Source: Selaginella moellendorffii
Lineage: Eukaryota > Plantae > Lycopodiophyta
NCBI RefSeq assembly: GCF_000143415.4
Contig: NW_003314296.1
Location: forward strand, 1,215,858-1,279,857
Reading direction: 5' to 3'
Length of the DNA: 64,000 nucleotides
The translations under genes and the position numbers were made by a program. The stretch's first letter is position 1; each line of letters starts with the position of its first letter. This document shows, one piece after another, positions 49,951 through 62,855 of this stretch. The notes below the pieces were generated by a model. The model made no database searches. It saw only the letters and a program-made list of their open reading frames with translations, and had not been told where the DNA came from.

Positions 49951-51039
49951 GCAAATCCTAATATTGTCCACGCCCTAAAGAAGAAACCCCAATCATTCAA
50001 CTACACCAATGAAATCTAAACTTTTATGACAAGGTCTATCAGAAGTATAAAAAGACTATGTTGTTATACAATATTAAAAGTCCACATTATCTTCCAATCT
50101 GTTTACTAGATTTAAAAATATGCTTAAAGTTATGCTCAAAGTTAGAGTTAGAATGAAAAGAAATATCACCTCAAACATGTGCTATGCCATTATATGAAAA
50201 GTAAGGGTGGTTTTATTCAAGGATCTAATATCGAATAATGTTGTTATAATAAATTTTATATGAAGTATAAAGGACTATGTTGTACAATATTAAAAATTTG
50301 TATACATTGAATTCAAAAAACATTCTTAAAGCTATTATATAGAGTAACTTTCGGTAGAACGGAAAGAAATATCATCTCAAGCATGTGCCATAATATGAAA
50401 GATAGGAATAATTTTATTCTAAGATCTACCATCAATCAACTGTTGCTAAACAAATTAAATATTGTACATATTTTTAGTACTTTATTAAAGCCAAAAATCA
50501 TCACATTCTTCTAAACTTATTTAAATATATTCTATCTTTGTACTACCATCTATCACCTATAGTAAATTATCTATCATATTGCTTTGGAAATAACACCTTA
50601 TGATTTTAATAATCTTATATTTTCTGACAAGATTCTATGATGTGCAAGAAACACATAATTATGATTTATAATTTTGTACTGTGATCAATTCAAGACATGT
50701 GGCTATGACATTATTTCCACATTATGGCATAGTCATATTAGAGCACACCTATTATTAAATTATAACTCAAAAGGACTTTGCCACGTGATCAAATCTAGGA
50801 CAAATAGAAATTGTACATTGCTAGCAAATATTTGCAGAAAGAAATGGAGATTTACTGCATCCACAATGAACGGCTGTGATGAAAGTTAGGATAGGGTTAG
50901 GGCAGCTGTTGGCATTAGGGTTTTACAGAAAGTAGAGTGGAAGATTGGGAGTGACTGTGGGATCCATTGACGTCAAACACAATACCACCAAAAGTAAGTC
51001 TTTTTTTCCTCCTCCACTCCCTCGTTATTCCACCTCAAC

Positions 51040-52530
51040 ACCAAGCACCACAGCACCCAGCACCGCTGTTGTAGCATCACCGTGCTGCAGCACCCAGTGT
51101 TGCTGCACTGCAAGGCCCAACACTGCCACACCCAGCACCGCTGCTGCAGCATCACTGCGCTGCAGCACCCAGTGCTGCCGCACTGCAAGGCCCAGCACTG
51201 CCGCACCCAGCGCCCAACACTGCCTGCGCCCAATGCTACCGTGCTGCAGCGTCACCGCGCTGCAGCACCCAGTGCTGCTGCACTGCAGGGCCCAGCACTG
51301 CCGAAACCAGCAACCAACACTGCTGTGCCCAGTGCTGCCGTGCTGCAGCACCCAGTGCCACCAAGCCCAGCACCCAGCACCACTGTGCTGGTGTATGGTG
51401 ATGTCTCACAGTGAAGTGCGGTGTGCTGCATGGCGACATGCAGCGTGCCACATGGCACAGCACACTGCAGTGGGCTGGGCCAGTACACCGGTGAACCGGC
51501 CCAGGCACTTGGCTGGGCACGACGATGCGCAGTGCACCATATAGCGACACAGTGTGCGGCACAGCGACGTGTGGTCCACTGCATAGCATCGCATGGTGTG
51601 CCATGCATTGCTGTGCGGCATGCTACATGTTGTTGTGCAGTGCACCGCATGGTGACCCACGGCTCCCAGTCCAACAATGCACAGTGCCAGGCAGTGTGGT
51701 GTGGGATTGTACACCAATGAACTGGCCCACATGGCTCAGCCCACGCCAAGTGCTCAGGCCGAGCACTCGACCAGGCACTCAATGAGGGCCGGCTAGGGCA
51801 GTGTGGGGTGGGCTGGTATGCTTGCAAACCGGCCCACATGGCCTGGCTCATGCTGAGTGCTCGGGCTGGGCATTCAGCCGGGCACTCAGCATGGGCTGGC
51901 CAGGGCAATGCAAGGCAGGCTAGTATGCTGGTGAACCGGCCCACATGGCCTGGCCCGCACTAAGTGCTTGAGCCGGGCACTCAACGAGGGCTGGCTTGGG
52001 GAGTGCGGGGCAGGCTGGTATGCCAGCGAACCGGCCCACATGGCCTGGTCCATGCCGAGTGCCCAGTCCGGGCACTCAGCTAGGCACTTAGTGTGGGCTA
52101 GCCAGGGCAGTGTGGGCACTTGGCTGGGCACTCGACACGGGCTGGTCAGGGCAATGTGGGGCAGGCCAATATGCCAACGAATCGGCCTATGTGGCCTGGC
52201 CCACACTGAGTGCCCAGGCTGGGCACTCTATGCAGGCCAGGCCATGCTGGCTGGTTTGCCGGTGTACCGGCCTGGGCAGTCAACTGGGCTGCGGCCCTAT
52301 GCGGGCCGGGATAGCACAGATGGCTTGGCCCACGTGGTCCAGCCTGAGCACTCGGCCAGGCACTTGGTTGGGCACTCGGTGTGGGCCGCTCTGGTACGCC
52401 AGCAAACTGGGCCATGTGGCCCAGCCAGGGCACTCGACTAGGCTGTGGGCTGAGTTAGCCTGGGCATCAAGTGGGCTTGGGCATTGCCTCTTGCAGCCAG
52501 TATGCCAGCGTACCGGTGGACGACCACCAT
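51040..52530. repeat. GC-rich degenerate tandem repeats (CAGCACCCAGTGCTGC... then CCGGCCCACATGGCCTGG units)
   Basis: Read directly; lies between a GTAAGT donor at 50994 and a polypyrimidine-AG acceptor at 52582. Confidence 0.8.
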
Positions 52531-52582
52531 GCAATCACTTTTTATGTATTTTTATTTTATAATGAGTTTTTTTTGTTTTCAG

Positions 52583-55500
52583 AAACAAAAAAAACTATAA
52601 AAGGATAAGGATGTTGGATCAAAGAGAACAAAACATGAGGAAGATGAGATCCAAAATGACAATCAATTTGACCTTCAGATAGAGATTTCCATAGCGACAA
52701 CTTTGCCATCTACATTGCCATCTCTGCAACCAGATAGCTCTAGTCCACATCCACCCCCATTTTTGCCACCACCGCCATCGATGCCACCACCACTATTACC
52801 GCCACCACCACCTTCATCACCATTTCCAACACTACCTTCATCACCACCATTACCACTACTGCCATCACCATTATTACCACCACCACCATCATTGCCATTA
52901 CCACCACCACCGCCACCATCATTGCCAATACCACCACCACTGCCACCATCATTGCCATTACCACCACCGCCACGACCATCATCACCACTAGTAGTGCCAT
53001 TGCAACCATTATCATCATTGCTATTGCTGCCAAAACCACAAATGCCACTACTCTTAACATATTCGCAAAATATGGTAGGAACTAACTACATTACAGAGGA
53101 GTGCCCAAGTGAGCCTAATGGGGGTGTTGGGCCCGAATTAGGGGTTAGATCTGATAATGATGCTAGTAGAGGTGTAGCTAAAGCTGAAAGAGAAGTGGAG
53201 CTAGCTGAACATGTCATAAACAAGCACTTCCAAGAGACAATTTTGAGAACTAAAGAAAAGGCCATTTACACAACTCTAGAGTCTCTCAAGTGGGAAGGCT
53301 CGGGAGACATGATCCAAGAAATCCCATTATGTCGATTCACTCAGACAAATGTTGTTTGGTTTGCTTCACCTCATTTTGTCAATATGGACATTTATAATCT
53401 ATACAAATAGAATGGCCTTGGGATAAATAGGTATGTTCCTTGTTTCAGTCTTCAGGCTAGGAACGACAAATACCCTCTCGATGTCACCAGAAATCAAGAG
53501 GGTTTGGGATGACATTTGGAAAATAAAGTCCTGCGAATTTGACAACATACTTATGAGCCATCTTGAGACTCAACAATTTGTGGAGAAAATATTCTACATT
53601 ATCGACGGGAATCATTGTTGGTGTGTGTGGATGACGTGCATTAATGAATGCTTCTGAAACAATCCTGTCTATCACATCAATGTTCTAGTTGGACATGTAC
53701 ATGCGAGAGGATCTCTAGATATAGCAAGACTTGTGATAGTTTGCCACAAAATTAATGCGTAAGTACTTCTCCCTCTTCAATCACTTTTAACAATTTGTGT
53801 TTTGTAGGTTAGAATAGTTTGTAGTGCAGAAGCAAAGCCTAGTGCATGATATCGAGCATATTTGGTTTCTTGCCAATCTCAACAAAGATGCAATCTACAG
53901 CCACTATAGTGACAATTTAGCATCACTTATTCAGCATCAACAAGGTTGTCAAGATGCTAATAGATGATACAAAAATCCAATGGCTTTTATGACAGCTGTG
54001 TGGAGTAAGGTATGTTCTTCCAAGTATACTTCTTGTCACAGAATGTTTGTGTTGTCTTTAGCCATTGGTGAAGGTTAGGCAAGATGCATATGCACTGTCA
54101 CATTGAGCTAAAAATGATCAAGAACTCTTGGAGCATTTAGTTGCAATTGACAAGAAAATCAGCATCACAAAGAAGACAAAGGTAAAAAAATTTCTCATTG
54201 TGGCTGACCCTCGACACCCAAAGGAGTGGTTTAATATCATAACAAAAATTGTTTGTCATGAAATTAAGTACTATCTATGTTTACTTGAAGGTTACTCACA
54301 AAGGTTGTTTCTTAGTGGGCAAGAATCCATATGAGATTATTTACAACATCTCAAAGCCAAAGCTTATAGATACATATTCTGAACGACCTCAATAATAGAC
54401 TCAAGGAAGGAGAAAAAGGTTTGGACAATATGATAGAGACTATGATGAGGAGGACCATTTACATTTCATAAACCATATATGAAGGAGAGATGTTTTTAGC
54501 ACCTTTCATAGGGGATGATCCTGAGAAACTTCCATTCAAGGATTTTGTCACCACTGAGCGTACAAAACTTGGAGAGAACTAGCTAGTAAAGAAGGCCACA
54601 AGCACGACTCTATTTGATAAATGACTTGGCCAACCTTACTTCATGCAGCAAGTGGCTTTTAGGTAATATACAATTTCTCAACTATACTCAATTTTTTTAT
54701 ATCCTATTATAGGTATCTCTGATATAGAGGCATTCCTCTTGAAACACTGGTATGCAATCGACTCTTGAGGCATGGTGTGAGAAATGGAGGTATATACCTG
54801 ACAACAATGAGGTTTTCAATAGCAATAAAGTGAGCTTGTCCTTGGGAATTGGAGATGCTAGATTATGCACAAACCCACTGGGAGGCTACAAGAGGCAACA
54901 ATGAAGACGTGCCAAATGATGAAGATGATGGCCATGAGAATGTTAATGTTGTTGGTGCCAATAATGAGGAGAGTGAAAGTGGCAGTGAGAACGACTTGCA
55001 AAAAATTCCTTGGGAGGAAGTGGAGCAAGAGAATTAGAACATACAAGAAGTTCTACCTCGACGAAAGCATGCAAATCCACATCTAGAGGAATTAATCAAC
55101 AATGATGATGATCGTCCAAGACATGCCTGTAATCGAGGAACTTTTGGAGGTATATTTCTTTTAATTCCCTCCTATTCTTAATTCCTCAAAATAGTTGCAG
55201 CAAAAACTGTTAGGACTAATTTCATTCGAGCTCATCCGAGAAGAGGACCTGAAGGAACATACATCTACCATACGCCATATGATAATATGTAGATTTTTCC
55301 TAATTTCACATCTTACCTTTATCTTCTCCCCCTAGATTTGCCCTGTTCCTCTAGTGGCATTCCATTGTGAAGTTGGGATCTTTATTAGCTCTTATAGTTC
55401 ATTGATGGCATCTTTCGAGGAAGATGCTGAGAATATGGCTATTTGGCAAAAGTGGGAGTGCTTTTGTCAGAAAATCCATAGGCGACAGCTCAAGAGCACA

Positions 55501-56161
55501 AACTTCATGCTCTTTGACGTGCCAAATGGTTTTCTAGACACTGATGGTGATGTCCCAAACTAGAACATCCTAACTAAAGACCACTTGAAGGATGCATTCT
55601 TTCTGGCAGCAATTCTCCTTCACACAACCAGTCAAGTTGCTTTCATTTTCCTGAATGACCCCTATTGGATGTCTTGCCTTATAAGGTATGCAACTTGAGT
55701 CAACTTCAAGAGGTTCTTTTTCAAGTGCATCATGGATAGTGTTGGGATCGAGACCAAAGGTGTTCTAAGCATGCTAAAGAAGGTAAAAAATCATCTTGTG
55801 TTTTGGGACCTACCATGTGTTCTATAGAAGAGAAAATAAGGGTTTTCATGATAGCGAGCGTGTTGCACGAATTTTGCCAAGGTATGATAGCTCTATTGAC
55901 ACCATACCAAATCTCATAGATGACGACATCCGCAACACATTGTTTGGGTATTAGTTCCAATCTCCATCAGTGATGCATGTCTTACTTGAGCTTTATTGCT
56001 CAACTAGGGGTGTTGTCATCGATTGCACAACAAGTAGTGGTTCAATGGTCAAGGCAACATATGACTCTAGTAGATCAGTGTTTGCAATTGAAGAATATAA
56101 ATTCTTCAAACACCGTCTTAGAGGTTTTTGTCCTTCTCTATCAGTTGCTTCTAGGAGGTAA
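52583..56161 (+). pseudogene. Decayed intron-containing gene: Pro-rich region, ParB/Srx-like domain, acidic linker, beta-class DNA amino-methyltransferase
   Basis: FYIIDGNHC at ~53592-53618; motif IV-like FMLFDVPNG at ~55504-55530; motif X-I-II-like LLELYCSTRGVVIDCTTSSGSMVKATYDSSRSVFAIE at ~55982-56092; ~50-nt introns 53759-53807 and 54663-54712. Confidence 0.65.
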
Positions 56162-56639
56162 TTTATGATGTTTTAAAAACTTATATGCAATATATATTTA
56201 GCTTTCTAGAAGTTTTCCTAGGTATGCATGGCATAATATATGTAATGTGTAAATTGAGGAGTGGTATGAAAAATCTATTTATTGATGATATATTAAAAGA
56301 CAATTGAATGTATCCACTTGTAATGAGAAAAGTGTGTCACATGTCAATATGATAAGACAGTGTCAGTGTTAGAGATAGTGATAGTGATAGTGTCAGTGAT
56401 AGAGATAGTGTCAGTGTCAGAGATAGTTACAGTGTTAGTCTGTCAAATTTCATAACTACTAGTATTATGAGCTTATTATCTATAGGTAATACCATTTTTT
56501 TAATTAAAAAAAGGGTAAGAGGGGGGGGGGGGGATGGATAATATTATAGTATAAGAATTATTAGTAACTAGAATTTTCAGTAGGATGGCCTAAAAATACC
56601 ATATTCAGCACTTGTGAGGAATATTATTCCTCACTATAA

Positions 56640-58900
56640 AGCGATAATAGTTGTATGTTCTAACTCTTTCTTGATTTTCTTATACATCCATTTATGCACA
56701 CCTTCCACACCAGTCCTTGAGTAGTTGTGACAGTGTTCTAGAAAAGTTTCTAAACCCATATAGCTTTCCGTCTTATCTAAATAAAAGTAGCAGATGGGAC
56801 ACACTGAAGATAATATGTGGTCATTCTTTCAAAAGTTTCAGCCATATCTAAAGCAAGATCTTGAAAAAACATCTGCCATCATTCTTGAAACACATGAGGC
56901 AATCCATCTTTAATAGTAATATCTACAATATTATCTAGAAGAGGGATCTCTTGTTCAATCACACTTGGGGTCTTTTTTTAATCTCCACTAACTTGTCTAG
57001 CATTTATTGTTATAAGTTAAGAAGTATCCTAAGGGCTATAAAAGGAAAAGCCTCATAACAATTGTTATGTGGAGAGAAGGGTGGAATGTTGGTAAAAGTT
57101 GGAGATAAAGGTGGAAACTTATATAAAATGCATTGGGGCCAAGTGTGAGTAGCAATAACATTCTCCCTAGCCATTCTTACACTCATTGGCATTTGCTAGT
57201 ACTCAAAAATAAGATCTAATTTGGTGAAGTAACGACTTCTCCCTAGACAATCCAATAGATCAGCAATGTAAAGAAGAGGGCATATATTCAAGATTGTCAC
57301 TTCATTTAATGAATGATAGTCAATGTAGAAACAAATACTCCCATCAGGCTTATAATATGAGGTTCACAAGCTTAAAGACGAACAATAACCTTGATTGGAT
57401 GAGCATCCTTAGTTGAAATAGGATGATATGTTGCAATTTTGGTCCTAGATGACATGTTAAATTCAAAGAGATCGGCATACTCTTTCATGAGCCAATCAAC
57501 CACTGCAACACAAAGACCGTCGGAGGGATTGAAAGGGGGAATAAAAGAACAAAACGGAAATATAGGAGGAAGTAATGGGCAAACAAAAGTGATGGAATTA
57601 AAGTTAAAACTAGAGGTAAAACCAGAGGGACGAAGAGGAACAAAAGTGAGAGGAATGGAAAAAATATAAAAAAATACGAGACAAAGGTGAGAAGTCTCAA
57701 AGTCATATTTGGCATAATTGTGTTGCAATTAATCCATACCAAGGATGAAGTCAAAAACTTGACTTGGCTGAGTATAGTTTAAGCTCGAGATTGCCCATAC
57801 ACACAAATAGGTTCACCTCATCCTGTGCACATACGTGTGTATAGTCGTTGCCATAAAGAATGAAAATTGGCTCTACAGCACAATACAAATATAGACGGTA
57901 ATATGTGGAAACAAGCTAAACAATAGAAGATAAACTCAAGCCTATATCAACCAACACAAAGAGAATAATATGTGACATTTTGTTATAAAAATGAGCTTAG
58001 AAAGTAAATACTAGATGAATTAGACATTGTTGATGCTAAGGGCTCCACCTAGGAAATGGAGGTTGCCAATTTAAAAAACACTGACAACATTGATAAGTGT
58101 GACCAACTTCATCATACGCCTAGCAGTGGATATCATGGCCTTGACCACATTCTTGCCCTTGTCCTTGAACTCGAACAGTAGCAATATCAACCTCCATTAG
58201 AAAAGGACCCCTCTGATACCAAATGTAGCACACGTGGTTTTTACCTTTTATCCTATAGTGATTTACCATAGGATAACACCACGAAGCAGAACCTAAACCC
58301 TCTTTATGCCATGTGACACATGCCACGTGTCCATGCCACATGTCCATAGGACAGTGGTGTGGAACCTATGGTTCAAGGCCTTGGGCCACTGAACAAAGGA
58401 ACGGTGCCAAACTCCCAAGCATGGAGCCAAGGAGTGATGGAATTGAACCACGGAGTAACTCCCAAGCATAAAGCCCAAGGAGCGAAGGGACAAGAGCCCG
58501 GAGCGACTTGGAACAGTCCTAGAGTAACCAGCATCCCAATGCCAGGACCAGCACGTAAAACGGAGCTAAATGGAGTCTGGCGCTTTCGGCATACTGGTGG
58601 CCTAACGCAAGGACATGGGTACTCCACCAGCTAGTATGGAATGGAACTTGGGCTTAGACCCAAGTCAGATGCAGAACAAGGACAGGCACGCAAGTGGGAG
58701 ACTATGCCTCAAGTTGGTCGGCCATGTCCGACCTACCCACTATCCCTACTATACATTTGGAACCCTCCACAGCCCCCCCTCCCCCTTGAGGAACACATGC
58801 TTTGGGCTTTCACCCCAAGCCTCCCTTAGTATCAGGAGTTAGTCTCTGGGACAAGCGCTCGAAACTTACTAAATATGGAATGTCCTTAGATTGCGAATTT
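56640..58900 (-). mobile_element. Gypsy retrotransposon remnant: LTR starting at 58224, PBS(Met) 58211-58221, degenerate RT and integrase
   Basis: Minus strand ...GCTACA-TT-TGGTATCAGAG; RT remnant IDYHSLNEVTI..P..IADLLDCLGRSRYFTKLDL; the LTR shares the CCCTACTATAC...GGGCTTTCACCC core with the other LTRs. Far LTR end not located. Confidence 0.8.
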
Positions 58901-60199
58901 GGACACGGGACGAACACCATTGTATTCAGGCCAACCTCTACATTTCGTAGATATACCAAATGAGCAAATCTAGATACTTTTCATAAATAGCATTTGGGAC
59001 CGAAATGAGACTAACACAAAGGGCATGATAGCAAGGGTGTTTGGCAGACACGGTAAGCTATCATCATGCGATATTGAGGGACCAATCTGAATACGCGAGG
59101 GTTCTTGTCAAGCCAGTGCAAGATAAAGCAAAAGAGAACTAAGAGCCAAGCTGAGTATGCTCAGCTAAAAACATATAGGAGTTCCTACCTTATATTCATC
59201 TGGCTAAGTACAGGTGCTAAGCCCAATAAACTAACACTTGAACAAGAGGGGTTGATAAAGGGAACCAACAATACCAACCTCTTGCCATCATATGTGGTTG
59301 AAGAAGAGTATTAGTGCAATGTGGATATCCGAAGATGTGGTCTTCGTGATTAAGCCTTGGATGTTCATTTTGCATTTTGTGGATGCCAGTGTTGGATGTC
59401 GGAAGTATGGGCAAAAATATATTCAAGGCTTAAGCATACTATGGGTCATGAGAATTGGTGTTGAAGTGAACCTATGTGAAGTTGTTAGTAGGAGGAAGTT
59501 GGTTGAGTCTTGAAGGTTTGCATTCCTGAACTAAGAGTCATTCTTTCTTTAGGATGGAAATTTTCCACAAATTTTCTTAGACTTTTCCAATGGCTGATCT
59601 GTTGGTCACTTTGCTCGAAAACCATTTCATTTTTGTAAGCCAGTACAAACTAGTGAAAGGGTTGGAGTTAACTTCGGTTAGCCTAAACCTTAGTAGGTAA
59701 TTTGTATGATGTGACCCAAAAGGGATGCTAACTTTTGGGGTTAAGGCAATTGAGTTGGATAAAGTCTAGAGTTGGTGTAGAAAAGTGGCCGTTGTGCTTT
59801 TTTAAGAAAGGTGACCCTTGTGCCTTTCTTCTATAGCGTTGTGCTTGGTGGTAGGTTGCACCTTGCATTTTGTTAAGACTTTATGAGAGTAATGAGCTCT
59901 CACTGATCTTGACTTGGTCTTGGTGGTCTTGCGCCTTGGCTATATTCGTGTGCATGTTGAAATCTCTAGTCATGGGGTAGCTACTGTCGATTGGTCACAT
60001 AACCCACCTCTCTGTCGATGTTCCTTATTTCGTTAAAAAGGCGTGACCATGTAAACAACTCTAACTGTCTGTTTACAGTAGTCTATCTAAACCTTACTGA
60101 CGGGTTTGGTTTCTTTGCTCATGAGGGTTGGGGCCTCTCGCTTCTCTCTCTATGTCTCTCTATGGATAAGAATAAAGTATTCCAAGTAAGTGATCATCC

Positions 60200-62200
60200 G
60201 ATAAACTAGTATTATAGTACAAGAACCACCAAAATCATCATAATTTGTAAACATAAGAAGCACCATTCAACAAAATTCAATAGCAAGTATATCATCATTA
60301 AGGAAACTCAATGGTGAAACTTAACTACCGAAGATGGCAGACAATATGCCAAACTTACCAAAGATAACTCAAAGAACACAAAGTATCATTGACTGACAAA
60401 CACAATGCTTGCGAATGTATTACCCAAAGGAAATAACATCCAAATTTATCAAAACTAACTCAAGCAACAATCAACAGAATAGAATGAATGCGGTAAGACC
60501 AAAAAACACTCAATCATGCCAATTATCACACTAGCCAATCTGAATAGATCCCAGTCAAGAATACCAAGGAACTAGAGTTGCTCAAGCAAGCATCAGCAAC
60601 ATCCTATCGATATTTCAAACCCAAAAGACCAATCCAAAGCAAACAATAAAGAATATATAGTATTGCAAAAAAGCTATAAGCTATCAAAGAGAACAACTAA
60701 CTATCATGAAAGATCATCAATTATCCCATCAATGAAAAGATTCATAATCATTGTTAAATAAGGAGTCCACCATCCCGAAGAATGGCAAATCATTCTATAC
60801 GAACAATAATCAAGCAAAACCTTTTGACAAGGATAATCAACTATTCTAGATAATAGTCAATTATCACCAATGATTTCTAGATGTAAATACTAACTTCAAC
60901 ATTGAAACTAATAAGCTAAAATGCCTTTCCCAACAACTCCTAACAAATAGAACAATGAGCATAAAACTCAAAGAACCAAAAGCTCAAAGAAGCCTATAGT
61001 TAAGTATTGTTTAATAATGATTACGAGTCTCACATGAACTAACTTCAATGCTAAGAAGAAAATCATGGTATAACCCACAATATCCCCCTCAACACATCCA
61101 AATGCTAAACTTCATAATGCAAAGCTAATGAAAAGCATATCTGCATCAATCCAAAAGCCAAGCATAATGAAGTTATGCTTAACAAGTGACCACTAAACAA
61201 TCTTCCATGAATCCATCTATAGCAAAATGTAACTCACTTTATAACAAGCACAAGAAAAATCATCAATGATCGATATATTCCAATTCCAATCCAATAAGGA
61301 TTCAAACATCTTCAATATCAATCACTAACTCTTCATTTCATAAAGTTAGCATAGTCCATGACTGAATCACTCCTCAAAAAAAAGCCAAAGCTCAACCCTC
61401 TACTAAATAATCTCATCTAGAACACAACTAACGCAAACTTGCCACTCAACTCATTTGAACGTCAACAGAGTTGTTAACTAGCAAATGCACGAATACCAAT
61501 AACACAAAGCCATAGCCAAATCATCAACACTATCTTCATCAAAACTAATAAAACTCAATGTCAATCATAATGAGAAACATCTCATCTCATTTGAATCTCA
61601 ACATCAATAATGTCAACGACAAAGCATTACTTCAATGCCATCAGCACCAAACAAAGCTAGAAGAAAACCAAAGTGAATCACCACCCAAACTCTCTAGCAA
61701 CTAAGCTAACCATAGTCGAAGATACTTTAGTCAGTATCCAAGATTAATCCTCTAACAATATTCAGTTCCAGATAACACATCCTCAAGGAGTGAATCACCA
61801 CATCCAAGACTCAATGAAATCCAACACTACGAACCAAATGATATCGATAGAGGTAGAGTCGAAATACTAACATGGAAAACCCATGTAAGTCTAACGACAC
61901 GATCCTCCGCAACACTATCTGGTAAAGTAAGTCCATCACTGCTAAATCTTCATCGAGTGAAGCAAGTGTAAAATAGTCCTTGACAAAATCTACAAGCAAT
62001 CACTAGTCGTAAAGCAACTAACAATCACTCTTCAACTTGCCTTCACAAGACCCAAACACTAAACTCATGCCATTGAGTCATATACTTGTCCAGTATAAAT
62101 ATAATACCCCAGATACGAGATAAAGGTTCATGGACAATCATGAACTAAATGACCACTCAAATCCAACTCAACTGTAATAAGCTCACCAATGCATTTAGCC
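60200..62200 (+). mobile_element. Heavily decayed LINE-like ORF2 remnant
   Basis: Strong A/C strand bias, with faint RT-like traces (SYKLSK near 60670; AKPFDK near 60820). Confidence 0.4.
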
Positions 62201-62217
62201 AATAGCTCTGAGCATGC

Positions 62218-62855
62218 TATGAGACACAAAATCCCTAGGCCCCAAAGTGGAGCCAGAAGGGTGCCATGTGGTAGTGGCTGAAGCGAAAGCCAAATGAGCG
62301 TAACACGTTTGGACTAAAAGCTCCGACTTGGAAGGTCGAGAGCGGGAGTGGAACTCCCAACAAAGTGCTTGAAGAGCGAGCACGAGGCAACCAATAAGCA
62401 AGGCTCCAAAAAGGGACCCAAAAAGGACCAACAAATGACACGTGGAAGTGTCTGAGATGGAGTCCGAGATGGACCGAGACGGAGTCCGAGATGGAGTCCG
62501 AGATGGAGTCCGAGGTGGACCGAGACGGAGTTCGAGATGGAGTCCGAGAAGGACCCGAGATGGAGTCCGAGGTCGAGACTGAGACTGGGACCGAGACCGA
62601 GACTGAGACCAAGACCGAGACCGAGACCGAGACCAAGACCGAGATTGGGACCGAGACCGAGGCCGAGGCCGAGACTAAGCCCGAGTCCGAGTCCAAGTCC
62701 GAGTCCGAGTCCAAGTCCGAGTCCAAGTCTGAGTCCGAGTCCGAGTCCGAGTTCAAGTCTGAGAGGGTGAAAGCCCAAAGCGTTCGTCTCCCAGACCCTG
62801 AGGGTTTGGTGAGCTCCAAAAGTATAGTAAGGGGGAAGACTGCAGTGGAGCCAGT
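62218..62855 (+). mobile_element. 5' part of an LTR of the 40402 family with hexamer array, interrupted at 62855
   Basis: Colinear with 40402-40955. Confidence 0.8.

Noticed and set aside
50945-52562. Cys/Ala/His-rich ORFs of 100-230 aa
   Set aside because: They arise from GC-rich repeats, are open on both strands and lie between splice signals.
52703-53060. Extensin/formin call for the Pro-rich ORF
   Set aside because: No signal peptide, regular SPPPP/Tyr motifs or FH2 domain; it is a low-complexity part of the ParB-MTase gene.
56511-56534. Poly-G run as a polypurine tract
   Set aside because: It is on the wrong strand for the adjacent minus-strand gypsy element, and no matching LTR follows.
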